Assembly: GCA_045598965.1 (NCBI GenBank)
Contig: JAZRVH010000005.1
Span: 1,289 to 65,288 of the forward strand
DNA length: 64,000 nt
Source of the DNA: Acutalibacteraceae bacterium
GTDB taxonomy: Bacteria > Bacillota > Clostridia > Oscillospirales > Acutalibacteraceae
Direction of reading: 5' to 3'
Shown here: positions 27,717 to 38,787 of the stretch, in pieces
How the letters are laid out: each line of letters begins with the position of its first letter
How positions within the stretch are numbered: the stretch's first letter is position 1
Notes under the pieces: model-generated
Told to the model about the DNA's origin: nothing
The model's database searches: none
What the model saw: only the letters and a program-made list of their open reading frames with translations
Program-made: the position numbers and the translations under genes

Positions 27717-29084
27717 TCAGCCGGCGAGCATTTTGGCGATGAGACGAGCACACTTATACACATCGCCGCCGCCCATCGTGATGACTAAATCGCCCTCTTG
27801 TGCGGTTTCGAGTACGTAGTTGGCGACAGCGGGGAAGTCGGGAAGATAGATGCCGTTTTCCATTTTAGCGGTAATCTGGTCAGAGTGCACGTTCCATTCG
27901 TTGGTCTCACGGGAGCCTAAAATGTCGCTGACAATGGCGATATCCGCAATGGACAACGCTTTTGCAAAATCATCCAGATGGCGGGCAGTGCGAGAGAACG
28001 TAAAAGGCTGGAAAATTGCAATTACCCGTTTATACGGCATTGCCATTGCGGTTGTCAACGTAGCGGTGATTTCGGTAGGATGGTGGGCGTAATCGTCCGC
28101 AATGGTGATGCCGGAGAACGTGCCGAGGAATTCAAAACGACGTCCGGCACCTTGGAAATGTTTAATTCCGGAGGAAATTTGCACAGCGGAAAGCCCGTGA
28201 GCCTCGGCAGCGGCAAGAACCGATAAGGCGTTTTGAACATTATGCATTCCCGGCACGCCTAACTCAATGTCGGCAAAAAACGTTCCGTTGTGCCACGCTT
28301 CAAAAGTGGCATACGAGCCGTCATGGATTTTCACATTTTTTGCTGTCCAATCGCAGTCATCGGTCAAACCGAAAGAGATAAGCGGGGCGTTTTCAAGTCC
28401 CTCAACCGCCTTGCAGGAATTTTTGTCTGACTTGTTATAGATGATATAACCGGTGGCCTTTGAGGCAAAAGTATGGAACGATTTAATAACGTTTTCGAGA
28501 TTGCCGAAATAATCCAGGTGATCGGCATCCACATTTAAGATGATAGCGGTTTCGGGAGTCATTTCAAGGTAATGGTCCATAAACTCGCACGCTTCACACA
28601 CCATAACATCACCGGCACCGGATTTGCCAAAAGCATCAATCAACGGCAACCGTCCGCCGATAAACAAAGCGGGGTCGGTATCTGCCTCTAAAAATACCTG
28701 CGACAGCATCGAGGTGGTGGTGGTTTTTCCGTGTGTTCCTGCAACCGCAATGGTTTGCGGGTAGGTAGCGGTCAACTGACCAAGCAGTTTTGCACGCTCC
28801 AAAATCGGAATGTTTTGTTCACTGGCGGCCACCATTTCCGGGTTATCGGCGTGAACGGCGGCGGTATAAACAATCAAATCCGCACCGTTGATGTTTTCCG
28901 CCGTTTGGGGGATTTTCACATCCACACCCAGTCGACGTAACCGGTCCACGTTGTCAGACTCACTGCGGTCAGAACCGGTAATGGTATATCCTTTTCCGTA
29001 GAGGATTTCGGCAAGAGGGCTCATTCCGCTTCCGCCGATTCCCACAAAGTGAATATGTTTGGCATCCTGAAATTGATAATCCAA
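27717..29084 (-). CDS. murC: UDP-N-acetylmuramate--L-alanine ligase
   Basis: 455 aa. IHFVGIGGSGMSPLAEIL and AVAGTHGKTTTTSM. TTG start preceded by GAGGTG. Confidence 0.93.
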   Translation of the reverse strand: MDYQFQDAKHIHFVGIGGSGMSPLAEILYGKGYTITGSDRSESDNVDRLRRLGVDVKIPQTAENINGADLIVYTAAVHADNPEMVAASEQNIPILERAKLLGQLTATYPQTIAVAGTHGKTTTTSMLSQVFLEADTDPALFIGGRLPLIDAFGKSGAGDVMVCEACEFMDHYLEMTPETAIILNVDADHLDYFGNLENVIKSFHTFASKATGYIIYNKSDKNSCKAVEGLENAPLISFGLTDDCDWTAKNVKIHDGSYATFEAWHNGTFFADIELGVPGMHNVQNALSVLAAAEAHGLSAVQISSGIKHFQGAGRRFEFLGTFSGITIADDYAHHPTEITATLTTAMAMPYKRVIAIFQPFTFSRTARHLDDFAKALSIADIAIVSDILGSRETNEWNVHSDQITAKMENGIYLPDFPAVANYVLETAQEGDLVITMGGGDVYKCARLIAKMLAG

Positions 29085-29292
29085 GACTTGTCCACCTCAA
29101 CTTTCGTATTTCCGCTTACTATTATAAGACAAAACTGCAAAAAAGAAAACCTTTTTTTGTGCTTTTTTTCGTTTTTTTCAAAATCTCCCTGTTTTTTCTC
29201 GAAAACGAGAAAATCGGACATCTTAGACGACCTTGTTTCGACCGAAAAATCACGCATAACCCTCTATACTTATCTTCAAGAATATAGGGAAG

Positions 29293-31635
29293 GTGAGGAC
29301 GTTGAAAGAAAAAACAGCTTTGGGCGAGAGAGAATTGCCTACGATGGAAACAAGGGAGGGAACCTGGCGAAAAACCGGGTTGATTGTCAGCGGTGCGTTG
29401 CTCGGTCTGTTATGTGGCGGAAGCACCGTTTATGGGGACGTTGCCCCTTTTGCTGTCGGTGTAGCGGCGGCGTTTTCCGGAAGTGGGGCACTGCTGGTCT
29501 ATGCAGCGTGTGCGGTGGGATATTTGTTCGGTCAATCCTCCGACGTGGTGCTTCGCTATCTCTCCGCTATTGCCGCTGTTGGCGGTCTTAGGTGGTTATT
29601 ATCCGGCTTTCCGTTTTCCGAGGACCGACGGTTGCCGCCGGCATTGGCGTTTACCGCCACGCTCGGCACAGGGCTTGCTATCGAAGCCGCATCGGGATAT
29701 ACGTTTTATCGGGTGTGGATTTTAATATGCGAATCGCTGTTGGCGGCAGGCTTTTGTACCTTTGTTCAAATCGGGCTAAACGCCTTATGGTCACCTCGAG
29801 AGCGGGCAACCACCTTGTCCGAACAAGCGGCAGTCGTGGTAATGCCGGCGGTGGTTTTAATGGCGTTGACGCCGCTTGAGGTGGGCAGTATTTCCTTTGG
29901 CCGCATCCTCTCCATTTGGCTCATTTTGCTGTGTGCCCATACCGGCAAAGAGAACGGCGGCACGATTGCCGGAATAACGCTTGGAGTTGCGGCGGCATTT
30001 TCCATGCCGGAACGGCCGTTTACGGCGGTGGCGTTTGCGTTTGGCGGATTGCTTGCCGGAATGTTTTCCCGCTACGGTAAGCTTGCGTGTGCCGGAACGT
30101 TTTTTGCGGCATTTTGTGTGCTGTTGTTAGGCGAGGGGGAGGGTATTGCTCTTTTAACCGGCATATACGAAACGATTACCGCTACCGTGTTCTTTTTAAT
30201 TCTTCCACCAAAAGCGGAACGGGTGCTCAACGGCTTTTTTAACAAAGCGGAGGAAAAGCCGGCAGTAGAGGGGTTGCGGCGTTCAGTGGTGTTGCGGTTA
30301 AACGTTGCCTCAAAAGCGATGGACGAAGTAGCGGGAACGGTTGATCTGGTTTCAAAAAAACTGGCAGGCGTTAGTGCTCCGGACCTTGGAAGCGTGTATT
30401 ACGGGGTTTCCGATACCGTGTGTTCCACGTGTGCCATGCGTCTAAACTGTTGGGAAAAGGACTTAAATGACACGATGGATAGCTTTAATCATCTTACCCC
30501 CATTTTACGGGAGGAGGGAAAGGTGGTACGCCGTGATTTTGGCGGAATACTTAAAACACGCTGTCGACGGTTGGATGAAGTGGCTTACGAAATCAATCGA
30601 GGATACGGCGACCATTGTTTGCGTGAGGGAGCGTTTCGTCGGTTATCCGAAATTCGATCCGTGGTAACCGACCAGTTTTCCGGAATGGCGGAACTGCTCG
30701 GAGAGTTTTCCCGGGATTTCAAGAATACCGACCGAGTAGATGTGGATGCCGCCGCACGGGTGCGGGCGGTTTGCGAGGAATACAATATGGATGTTCACGA
30801 AACGCTATGTACCATCGGTCGGGGAAATCGGATGCAAGTGGAAATAGTGGCGGTGGATATGGCAGCGAAAATTCGCCGAAAAGAATGGCTGTCTCGCATC
30901 GGAGATGCTTGCGGACGTGAATTTGCTCCGCCGGTGGTTTCCCGAGTGGGAGCTCTTGCCAAAATAACGATAACCGAACAGCCCCGCTATCGAATTCAAG
31001 TGGGAACGGCACAACTTTGTGCCGGAGGAGAACGCTTGTGCGGTGATGCTTTTGAACTGTTTCGTGACAGTGGCGGACGCTTTTTTTCGGTGTTATCCGA
31101 CGGAATGGGAAGCGGCGGACGTGCCGCTGTTGACGGAGCCATGGCGGCAGGGCTTTGTGCCCGTTTGTTGAAAGCCGGTTTCGGGGAGGATAGCGTTCTT
31201 CGTATGGTCAATTCGGCACTGATGGTGAAATCGGGTGACGAAAGTCTTGCCACGTTGGATGTCCTGTCTGTGGACTTGTTTTCAGGAAAAATGCGGTCGC
31301 TCAAAGCCGGAGCCGCCACGTCACTGCTGCTCAGTCACGGCCGAGTGTCACGCTTGGAACGCTCATCGCTTCCCATAGGGATTTTGCGGGATATTCGGTT
31401 TGAAAAACAACAGGATACCCTGACAGCCGGCGACGTAGTTTTGCTGGTTTCCGACGGTGTCTATGCGAGCGGAATCGGATGGGTTGAACAGACGCTGAAA
31501 TCGTTTGAGCCCGCCAAAATGTCGTTACAATCGCTGGCGGAGGAAATCGCCAGCACCGCCCGTCGCTTGCAAAAAGACGGGCATTCGGACGATGTGACCG
31601 TGGTAGCATTGCGAGTGGAAAAAGCAGAGCTATAA
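29293..31635 (+). CDS. spoIIE: stage II sporulation protein E (PP2C phosphatase)
   Basis: 780 aa. About 10 N-terminal TM segments and a C-terminal PP2C domain (CGDAFELF, SDGMGSGGRAA, LVSDGV, DDVTVVAL). Start uncertain (29293, 29302 or 29344). Confidence 0.9.
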   Translation: MRTLKEKTALGERELPTMETREGTWRKTGLIVSGALLGLLCGGSTVYGDVAPFAVGVAAAFSGSGALLVYAACAVGYLFGQSSDVVLRYLSAIAAVGGLRWLLSGFPFSEDRRLPPALAFTATLGTGLAIEAASGYTFYRVWILICESLLAAGFCTFVQIGLNALWSPRERATTLSEQAAVVVMPAVVLMALTPLEVGSISFGRILSIWLILLCAHTGKENGGTIAGITLGVAAAFSMPERPFTAVAFAFGGLLAGMFSRYGKLACAGTFFAAFCVLLLGEGEGIALLTGIYETITATVFFLILPPKAERVLNGFFNKAEEKPAVEGLRRSVVLRLNVASKAMDEVAGTVDLVSKKLAGVSAPDLGSVYYGVSDTVCSTCAMRLNCWEKDLNDTMDSFNHLTPILREEGKVVRRDFGGILKTRCRRLDEVAYEINRGYGDHCLREGAFRRLSEIRSVVTDQFSGMAELLGEFSRDFKNTDRVDVDAAARVRAVCEEYNMDVHETLCTIGRGNRMQVEIVAVDMAAKIRRKEWLSRIGDACGREFAPPVVSRVGALAKITITEQPRYRIQVGTAQLCAGGERLCGDAFELFRDSGGRFFSVLSDGMGSGGRAAVDGAMAAGLCARLLKAGFGEDSVLRMVNSALMVKSGDESLATLDVLSVDLFSGKMRSLKAGAATSLLLSHGRVSRLERSSLPIGILRDIRFEKQQDTLTAGDVVLLVSDGVYASGIGWVEQTLKSFEPAKMSLQSLAEEIASTARRLQKDGHSDDVTVVALRVEKAEL

Positions 31636-31649
31636 CGAGTAAAACAAGC

Positions 31650-31681
31650 AAAAAGCCGGTAGCTTTGCTACCGGCTTTTTT
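31650..31681. terminator. Bidirectional intrinsic terminator between spoIIE and ireB
   Basis: GCCGGTAGC / GCTACCGGC stem with loop TTT, flanked by an A-run and a T-run. Confidence 0.85.
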
Positions 31682-31693
31682 AGATTTAGCTGA

Positions 31694-31939
31694 TTAGTTG
31701 TTGAGATACGATTTAACCAAAATTCGCAACAGCTCGTCACGGTCGATTTTACGCACAAGGTTGCGGGCATTGTTGTGGGTTGTGATATAGGTCGGATCCT
31801 CAGAAAGGATGTAGCCGACGATTTGGTTAATGGGGTTATAGCCCTTCTCACGCAGTGCATCGTACACGGTGGTGAGCACTTCTTTCATTTCATGTTCTTT
31901 GTCGTCGTGCAACGAAAAAGTTTGGGTTCTGTCTAACAT
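31694..31939 (-). CDS. IreB-family regulatory phosphoprotein (UPF0297)
   Basis: 81 aa from the ATG at 31939, preceded by [53 protein letters not shown]. Confidence 0.85.
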   Translation of the reverse strand: MLDRTQTFSLHDDKEHEMKEVLTTVYDALREKGYNPINQIVGYILSEDPTYITTHNNARNLVRKIDRDELLRILVKSYLNN

Positions 31940-32015
31940 AATTCTACCTCCCATACGTTGGTTACAGACCTATTATATCGCAATTATCCTGAAAGTGCAA
32001 GAGAAATTTGTAAAT

Positions 32016-34406
32016 TTATGCTCGCAAACTGCATCCTATTTTTTCAAGCAAGCGGAAAATTTTATCCAATACCGGTTCAAGCTCCTCATCGGTCAACGTG
32101 CCGTCGGCTTTGCGGAACATCAAATTGTAGGCAACGCTCTTTTTGCCGTTTTCAATCTGTTTGCCTTGATATACGTCAAAGAGAGCAACGCTTTCCAGTA
32201 ATTTTCCGCCGCCTTTTTTGATGGCTTCCTCAATCGTCGCCACCGGCAATTCAGCATCACACAGCAACGCCAAATCCCGTTCAACTGCCGGATGACGGGG
32301 GAGCGGTTTATAGAGCACAATCGGTTGTTTTGCGGCGAAAAGCGATTCCAGTTTAATTTCCGCAACGTAAACACGTCCGTCAAAACCATACGTTTTTGCT
32401 GTGTCAGGATGCAATTCGCCGAAAGTGGCAACCGTTTCACCGTTGAGAATGGCATTAGCGGAACGACCGGGATGGAGGAACGGCTCGCAAGCACGCTCAT
32501 AGTTGGGACAGCAGGAGAACAGCTCAAACACGCTTTCCACCACGCCTTTCAGCGTAAAGAAATCCTCATTTTCACCGTAAAGACCGATGGAAAGAAGCGG
32601 CAATTCATCCGGCTGCTCGGTCAGCGGCAACGCTTTCGGAACAAACCGTTTAGAAAGCTCAAAGAATCGTGCCGCCGGAATTTTACGGTTGTAGTTGGTG
32701 GACAGCACGGAAAGCATCGAGGTAATCAACTGCGTACGCATGGTGGAATACTCTTCGCCGAGAGGATTGAGCAGGTGAATTTCGTTTCGACGAGCATCGT
32801 CGGCGGGCAACCCCAGCGTATCCAACGCTTTGGAGCTAATAAACGAATAGGTGGAAATCTCGGACAAGCCCTGCTCGCACAGACGGCGTTTGATGGCATC
32901 ACTCTTTTTGCGTTCGGGAAGCAGCGTGCCACGAACAACCGCACCACGCATCGGAGTACCGATAATGTGGTTATAGCCGTAAACACGCATCACCTCTTCG
33001 GCGAGGTCGGCACGACCCTCTACATCGTCACGGAAGCTCGGAACAGTACAAGTAAGCTCATCACCGTTGGCGACCGTTTCGATTTCCAAACGATTGAGGA
33101 TATCCACCATCTTTTCAACCGGAATTTCTACGCCGAGAAGAGCACAAATGTCGGTAGCGGTGGTTTTAATCACTCGTTTTTCTGTCAAGGTGTTTGCCTT
33201 GTCAATCGTTCCGTCCACGATATCGCCACAGTCTAACTCGGCAATCAGAGAAAGTGCCCGATCAAGAACATAGGGGATAGAGCCGGCATCCACGCCGTGC
33301 TCGAAACGAGCGGAGGATTCTGTCCGCATACCAAGGGCTCGTGCGGTTTTGCGAACACTGTCACGACGGAATTTTGCCGCCTCAAAGAACAGCTCGGTCG
33401 TGTCGTCTTTAATGCCGCTTCCGGCAGAACCCATAATACCCGCCAAGCAGGAAGGGGCTTCGCCGTCGGCAATCACCAGCATATTGTCTGTCAAGGCGTG
33501 TGCCTTGTCATCCAATGTGACGATTTCTTCGCCGTTTTTGGCACGGCGAACGATGATTTCGTTCTTTTTCACGTCACGCAGGTCGAAAGCGTGCATCGGT
33601 TGACCGGTTTCAAGCATCACGAAGTTGGTGATATCCACGATGTTGTTGATAGAACGCATTCCCGCCGCACGCAGGCAATCGACCATCCAGTCGGGGGACG
33701 GGCCAATCCGCAGGTTTTTCACCACACGACCCATATAGCGGGGGCAAATGTCCGGCTCGTCCACAGTGACTTTGATATAATCGGCAATATTGCCGCCTAC
33801 GGTTGTATACGCAATTTCCGGTTTGCGGAATTCGGTTTTCAGTGCCACGGCAATCTCACGGGCAACACCGAGAACGCTTTGACAATCGGGACGGTTAGCG
33901 GTGATTTTGAAGTCAATCACGATATCGTTTAGGTGGAGCACGTCACGCATATCGGTGCCAACCTTCACATCATCCTTTAAGATGAGGATACCGTAAACCT
34001 CCGCACCGGGATAATCGCCCTCTTTAAGGCACAATTCTTCGCCGGAGCAAAGCATACCGTTCGATTCCACGCCACGGAGCTTTCCTTTTTTGATATGAAC
34101 ACCGTTGGGCAGGTGGGAATCGTGTAAAGCGGCGGGAACGATAGCTCCCTCAAACACGTTTTGGGCACCGGTAACGATTTGTACCGGCTCGTCGCCACCC
34201 ACATCCATTTGGCAAATTTGCAATTTGTCGGCGTCGGGGTGTTTTTCGAGTTTGATAATCTTGGCAGCAACCACATTGCTCATAGTGGCAGAGAGGTCTT
34301 CAAGTCCCTCAATTTCGAAGCCACTCATAATCATTTTATCGCACAGGGTTTCTACAGGAACGTCAATGTCCACGTAACGTTTAAGCCAGCTCAGCGAAAT
34401 TTTCAT
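32016..34406 (-). CDS. pheT: phenylalanine--tRNA ligase beta subunit
   Basis: 796 aa. N-terminal tRNA-binding domain ([14 protein letters not shown]), B3/4 and B5 domains, and a FDX-ACB C-terminus. Confidence 0.93.
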   Translation of the reverse strand: MKISLSWLKRYVDIDVPVETLCDKMIMSGFEIEGLEDLSATMSNVVAAKIIKLEKHPDADKLQICQMDVGGDEPVQIVTGAQNVFEGAIVPAALHDSHLPNGVHIKKGKLRGVESNGMLCSGEELCLKEGDYPGAEVYGILILKDDVKVGTDMRDVLHLNDIVIDFKITANRPDCQSVLGVAREIAVALKTEFRKPEIAYTTVGGNIADYIKVTVDEPDICPRYMGRVVKNLRIGPSPDWMVDCLRAAGMRSINNIVDITNFVMLETGQPMHAFDLRDVKKNEIIVRRAKNGEEIVTLDDKAHALTDNMLVIADGEAPSCLAGIMGSAGSGIKDDTTELFFEAAKFRRDSVRKTARALGMRTESSARFEHGVDAGSIPYVLDRALSLIAELDCGDIVDGTIDKANTLTEKRVIKTTATDICALLGVEIPVEKMVDILNRLEIETVANGDELTCTVPSFRDDVEGRADLAEEVMRVYGYNHIIGTPMRGAVVRGTLLPERKKSDAIKRRLCEQGLSEISTYSFISSKALDTLGLPADDARRNEIHLLNPLGEEYSTMRTQLITSMLSVLSTNYNRKIPAARFFELSKRFVPKALPLTEQPDELPLLSIGLYGENEDFFTLKGVVESVFELFSCCPNYERACEPFLHPGRSANAILNGETVATFGELHPDTAKTYGFDGRVYVAEIKLESLFAAKQPIVLYKPLPRHPAVERDLALLCDAELPVATIEEAIKKGGGKLLESVALFDVYQGKQIENGKKSVAYNLMFRKADGTLTDEELEPVLDKIFRLLEKIGCSLRA

Positions 34407-35440
34407 TTTACGTTCCCTCCTTTGAATTGTTGCAAGAAGCGTAAATCGTTTTCAAACAGCAGACGGATGTCGCTGATTTTGTAACGAGTGGTCGTTAAGC
34501 GGTCAAGACCGATACCAAAGGCAAAACCGGAATATTCCTCGGGGTCGATGCCGCAACCGGACAACACACGGGGATGCACCATACCGGCACCGAGGATTTC
34601 AATCCATCCTTCGCCTTTACAAACTCGACAGCCCTTACCGCCGCACTCGGGGCAGGAGACGTCCACTTCGACGCTGGGCTCGGTAAAGGGGAAAAACGAG
34701 GGGCGGAAACGCACTTTGGTATCTTTGCCGTAAATTTCGTGGGCGAATTGCTCCAGCACGCCTTTCAAATCGCACATGGTAATGCCCTTGTCCACTACCA
34801 GTCCCTCCACTTGATGGAATACCGGGGAGTGGGTGGCGTCCACCTCGTCCGCACGGTACACACGACCGGGGCAAATGATACGAATGGGGGGCTTGCGGGT
34901 TTCCATAGTACGAATTTGTGCCGCCGACGTCTGGGTACGCAGCAACAAATTGTCTGCCAGATAGAAGGTATCCTGCATATCTCTTGCCGGGTGATCGGCG
35001 GGAACGTTCAACGCCTCAAAATTATAGTGGTCGGTTTCGATTTCGGGGCCGTCCACCACATCAAATCCCATGGATTGGAAAATGTCAATCATATCCGCAA
35101 GCGTTTGGTTTAGCGGATGAAGCGAGCCGCCTTTGTTCGTCTTACCGGGCATGGTGATGTCGACCGTCTCGGCGGCAAGACGTGTGTTTTTGGCGGCGTT
35201 TTTCAGCGTATCGGATTTGTCCGAAAACGCTTGCTCAAATGTTGCACGCACCTCGTTGACTAACTGACCCATTTTCGGGCGTTCTTCGGCGGGGAGTGCA
35301 CCCATACCACGCAAAAGCTCTGTTAATGCACCTTTTTTGCCGAGATACTTGACACGCCAAGCATCCAGCGTTTGTTCATCCTGCACAGCGGCGATTTCGT
35401 TCATCGCTTCCGTACGAAGGGCGTCCAATTTTTCTTTCAT
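34403..35440 (-). CDS. pheS: phenylalanine--tRNA ligase alpha subunit
   Basis: 345 aa from the ATG at 35440 ([13 protein letters not shown]). [23 protein letters not shown] and [10 protein letters not shown]. The longer track ORF (to 35569) runs into the leader terminator. Confidence 0.93.
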   Translation of the reverse strand: MKEKLDALRTEAMNEIAAVQDEQTLDAWRVKYLGKKGALTELLRGMGALPAEERPKMGQLVNEVRATFEQAFSDKSDTLKNAAKNTRLAAETVDITMPGKTNKGGSLHPLNQTLADMIDIFQSMGFDVVDGPEIETDHYNFEALNVPADHPARDMQDTFYLADNLLLRTQTSAAQIRTMETRKPPIRIICPGRVYRADEVDATHSPVFHQVEGLVVDKGITMCDLKGVLEQFAHEIYGKDTKVRFRPSFFPFTEPSVEVDVSCPECGGKGCRVCKGEGWIEILGAGMVHPRVLSGCGIDPEEYSGFAFGIGLDRLTTTRYKISDIRLLFENDLRFLQQFKGGNVK

Positions 35441-35485
35441 ACTATCGTCCTTTCCGTTTTGGAATTGTAACCTGAATTTTGACAT

Positions 35486-35742
35486 AAAAAAAGCCCTCGA
35501 CCCCAAAAATGGGGACGAAGGTCGAAACTCCGTGGTACCACCCCGATTTTTGTGCCGAAAAAGGCACAAACACTCGATAACGATAACGGGGTCACCGTCG
35601 CAGCCTACTTGCCGAAGATGGGTTCAGCCACGCCGCTCCAAAGTGAACTTCAGCACAGAAGCCCTCAAATCGCTTTCAGCCGGTGACGATTCTCTCTTTC
35701 GGGGGCGGGATTGTGCGTACTCTCTTTTTCTCAGCGTTTACA
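35486..35742 (-). promoter_or_regulatory. T-box leader with Phe specifier UUC and a terminator, controlling pheST
   Basis: All motifs read on the minus strand. K-turn CGCTGAGAAAAG, AGTA, and AGAGAG bulge. Specifier loop GAAGUUCA followed by CUUU, with UUC at 35647..35645. T-box sequence GGGGTGGTACCACGG at 35530..35544. Terminator hairpin and U-run at 35526..35486. Confidence 0.85.
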
Positions 35743-35749
35743 AACAAAT

Positions 35750-35778
35750 ATTTTATCACACCGTTTTTCAATTGTCAA
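35750..35778 (-). promoter_or_regulatory. Sigma-A promoter for the pheST leader
   Basis: Minus strand: TTGACA (35778..35773), 17-nt spacer, TAAAAT (35755..35750). Confidence 0.6.
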
Positions 35779-35873
35779 GACACAAAAATTTCACAGAATT
35801 TTTGGCGGAAAAACTTTACAATTCGTGGTTTCTATTGTAAAATAGTAAAGATAAATCCAAAGGAGAGATGTAT

Positions 35874-36581
35874 ATGACACCGAAGTATAAACGTGTCTTG
35901 CTGAAACTCAGCGGCGAGGCACTGGCAGGCGAAAAAGGAATGGGTCTTGATTTTGAGACGCTTCTCCGGTTTTGTGCTCCTATTAAAGAATGTGTAGATG
36001 CCGGTGTTCAAATCGGCATTGTTGTGGGCGGCGGCAACTTCTGGCGTGGACGTCAAAGCGGTCAAATGGACCGTACCCGTGCTGACCACATGGGAATGCT
36101 CGCCACCATTATCAACGGATTGGGCTTGTGCGATGCTCTTGAGCAGTTAGGCTGTGACGTGCGTGTGCAGTCGGCTGTTCAGGCAAATCAGATTTGCGAA
36201 CCGTATATTCGCAGTCGAGCTGTTCGCCATTTGGAAAAAGGTCGTGTGGTTGTGTTCTCCGGCGGAACGGGCAACCCGTTCTTCTCCACCGACACGGCGG
36301 CGGCCCTTCGTGCGGCGGAAATTGATGCGGATATTTTGTTTAAGGCCAGCATGGTCGACGGCGTATATGATTCCGACCCGAAAACTAATCCGAATGCAAA
36401 GAAATTTGATACGCTTTCGTTCTCGGAAGTGCTTTCGAAGGATTTGAAGGTGATGGACGGCACCGCCGCCACTCTTTGCCGTGACAACAAAATCCCGCTG
36501 TTGGTCTTTAACCTCAACGACCCGCAAAACATTGTGCGTGCCATCGCCGGGGACGAATCTATCGGCACCCGTGTGGAATAA
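35874..36581 (+). CDS. pyrH: UMP kinase
   Basis: [14 protein letters not shown] and [15 protein letters not shown] at 35874 has better spacing from AAGGAGAG than the track start at 35868. Confidence 0.92.
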   Translation: MTPKYKRVLLKLSGEALAGEKGMGLDFETLLRFCAPIKECVDAGVQIGIVVGGGNFWRGRQSGQMDRTRADHMGMLATIINGLGLCDALEQLGCDVRVQSAVQANQICEPYIRSRAVRHLEKGRVVVFSGGTGNPFFSTDTAAALRAAEIDADILFKASMVDGVYDSDPKTNPNAKKFDTLSFSEVLSKDLKVMDGTAATLCRDNKIPLLVFNLNDPQNIVRAIAGDESIGTRVE

Positions 36582-36620
36582 ATCGACATTCTAATCCAAG
36601 AATATAAGGAGGATTTTATT

Positions 36621-37175
36621 ATGCAAGCTGTTTTCGAAAAAGCTGAAACCAAAATGGGAAAAACTATCAACGCTCTCAACGAGCAATATGCCGGTATTCG
36701 TGCCGGCCGTGCGTCTGCCTCGTTGCTCAACCGTGTTATGGTGGAGTATTATGGCACACCGACGCCCGTGACCCAGCTCGCCAACGTGTCCTCTCCGGAG
36801 CCTCGTTTGCTTAAAATTGTGCCGTATGACAAAACCGCACTCAAAGATATCGAGCGTGCGATTTTGACTTCGGATATCGGCATTAACCCGCAAAACGACG
36901 GTTCTATCATTCGTCTTAATTTCCCGCCGCTTACGGAGGAACACCGCAAAGAGCTTTGCAAGAACATCTCCAAATATGCGGAGGAGGCAAAAGTGGCGGT
37001 GCGTTCCATTCGCCGTGATGCGATTGAATCGCTGAAAACTATGAAAAAGAACGCCGAAATCACCGAGGACGACCAGGCGAACGGCGAAAAGAAAGTCCAG
37101 ACTATCACCGACGATTTCTGCAAACAGATTGATGAGCTGGCAAAAGCAAAGGAAAAGGATATTCTGGAACTGTGA
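36621..37175 (+). CDS. frr: ribosome recycling factor
   Basis: 184 aa. RAGRASASLLNRVMVEYYGTPTPVTQLANVS and IRRDA. Confidence 0.93.
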   Translation: MQAVFEKAETKMGKTINALNEQYAGIRAGRASASLLNRVMVEYYGTPTPVTQLANVSSPEPRLLKIVPYDKTALKDIERAILTSDIGINPQNDGSIIRLNFPPLTEEHRKELCKNISKYAEEAKVAVRSIRRDAIESLKTMKKNAEITEDDQANGEKKVQTITDDFCKQIDELAKAKEKDILEL

Positions 37176-37915
37176 GTACCGGAAAAAGTAAAACTCCTTC
37201 GTTCGATCTTCGGGCGGAGGAGTTGCCCGCTAATATCGGGATTATTATGGACGGCAACGGTCGTTGGGCGAAAAAAAGAGGACTTCCTCGACAATTCGGT
37301 CATCGTGCCGGTGCCAAAACGTTTCGAAAAATCGTGAAGCATTGTGAAGCACGGGGAATTAAAGTGGTTACCGTGTATGCGTTTTCCACCGAAAACTGGC
37401 GACGTCCCGCCGCTGAGGTGGATGCGATTATGGATTTGTTGCGTTCTTACCTAAAAGAATCCCTTCTCGATTTCAAAAGCGAAAATATTCGCACTCGTTT
37501 TATCGGCGATCGCACACCGCTGTCAAAGGATATCCGAGAGTTGATGGCAGAGGCGGAGGCCTCTACTGCCGACCGCACGGGAATGATTCTCAATATCGCC
37601 GTCAACTACGGCGGTCAGGATGAGCTTGTCCATGCGGCAAAAGCTCTTGTCGCCGAAGTGAGTGCGGGAAATTTGTCGCCGGATGACATTGATGCGGCGA
37701 CACTTTCGTCGCATCTGTATACGGAAGACCAACCGCCGGTGGATTTGATTTTACGTCCCAGCGGCGAATACCGTTTGTCCAATTTTCTTATCTGGCAGGC
37801 GGCGTATGCGGAGTACGTGTTCATGGATGTTCTGTGGCCGGATTTTACGGAGGAGGACATGGACCGTGCTTTGATGGAATATGCCGGACGAAATCGGCGG
37901 TTTGGAGGAGTGTAA
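37172..37915 (+). CDS. uppS: Isoprenyl transferase (undecaprenyl-diphosphate synthase)
   Basis: 247 aa. IGIIMDGNGRWA, YAFSTENWRRP and RLSNFLIWQAAYAE. GTGA overlap with frr. Confidence 0.92.
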   Translation: MSTGKSKTPSFDLRAEELPANIGIIMDGNGRWAKKRGLPRQFGHRAGAKTFRKIVKHCEARGIKVVTVYAFSTENWRRPAAEVDAIMDLLRSYLKESLLDFKSENIRTRFIGDRTPLSKDIRELMAEAEASTADRTGMILNIAVNYGGQDELVHAAKALVAEVSAGNLSPDDIDAATLSSHLYTEDQPPVDLILRPSGEYRLSNFLIWQAAYAEYVFMDVLWPDFTEEDMDRALMEYAGRNRRFGGV

Positions 37916-37919
37916 GCCT

Positions 37920-38747
37920 ATGAAAACCCGTGTTATCAGCGGTCTTGTCGGTGCGGCACTTCTTATTGCCGTATTGGTACAGCCCTTTATTTTGATTGTA
38001 GAAATCGGCGTGGCGGCACTTTGTGTTATTGCAGTATATGAGCTCCTTATTGCCACCAAACTGGCTTTGTCGAAGCCCGTGTGTGCGGTGTGTATGCTGT
38101 TTGCCGCTTCGGTACCTTTTTGGCGATATTTGCCGCAAAACGCTCTTTTGTGGGTGCTTTACGCCTTTGTGGCGTTGCTTGTGGTGTCGCAGGTGGTATG
38201 GCATAAAAAACAGCCGGTCACCGCCACCTTATATGCGGCAACAGCAACGGTTATTTCGTCGCTTTCGTTGTCGTCGATTGCGTTTTTGCGTGCCGATAAA
38301 GACTTTGGCTTGTTCCTCGTGGTGTGGATGCTTTTGATCCCGTGGATGAGCGATACCGGTGCGTATTTCACCGGTGTGTTGTGCGGTAAAACCAAGCTTT
38401 GCCCGGAAATCAGTCCTAAAAAGACGGTGGAGGGGTTAATCGGCGGTCTGTTTACATCGGTTATTATCTGCCTTGCGGCGGCATACGTTTATGAGACGTG
38501 GATTTCGCCGGAAGTGATAGTGAATTATTATGCTATGGCGGCGGTAACGCTGCTCGGGGCGACGCTGTCCGTATTCGGCGACTTGTTGGCGTCGCTTATC
38601 AAGCGTCACGCCGGTATTAAAGATTTCGGCAACCTGATGCCCGGACACGGCGGTGTTATGGACCGCTTTGACAGTCTGCTTTTGACCGCACCGCTTGTGG
38701 TGCTGTCACTCATGCAGTGGCCGATTATTTACACCATCAACTCATAA
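37920..38747 (+). CDS. cdsA: phosphatidate cytidylyltransferase
   Basis: Start at the ATG at 37920, after GGAGGAG. Polytopic. CDS signature SDTGAYFTG..GK.KL.P.ISPKKT.EG and C-terminal GHGGVMDRFDS. Confidence 0.9.
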   Translation: MKTRVISGLVGAALLIAVLVQPFILIVEIGVAALCVIAVYELLIATKLALSKPVCAVCMLFAASVPFWRYLPQNALLWVLYAFVALLVVSQVVWHKKQPVTATLYAATATVISSLSLSSIAFLRADKDFGLFLVVWMLLIPWMSDTGAYFTGVLCGKTKLCPEISPKKTVEGLIGGLFTSVIICLAAAYVYETWISPEVIVNYYAMAAVTLLGATLSVFGDLLASLIKRHAGIKDFGNLMPGHGGVMDRFDSLLLTAPLVVLSLMQWPIIYTINS

Positions 38748-38787
38748 CAACCTGCCAATTTTGATACACTAAAAGGGGAGACCTCTT

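Noticed and set aside
29085-29292. Spo0A boxes and an imperfect inverted repeat (about 29260..29290) in the murC/spoIIE divergent region
   Set aside because: Only near-matches to TGNCGAA/TTCGNCA are present (for example TTCGACC near 29236). There are too few exact positions to call them without a scoring matrix or comparative data.
35441-35569. N-terminal extensions in the ORF track. Examples: pheS from 35569, dxs from 12478, tlyA from 14375, xseB from 11271, ileS from 49413, the ligase from 45558, yesL from 54204, NT5C from 55021, DUF5662 from 25751, cdsA from 37881 and DUF4363 from 2880.
   Set aside because: The extensions overlap upstream genes or run through T-box terminators, and they lack an RBS. 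In each case an internal ATG with a good Shine-Dalgarno sequence gives a protein that starts at the conserved family N-terminus.
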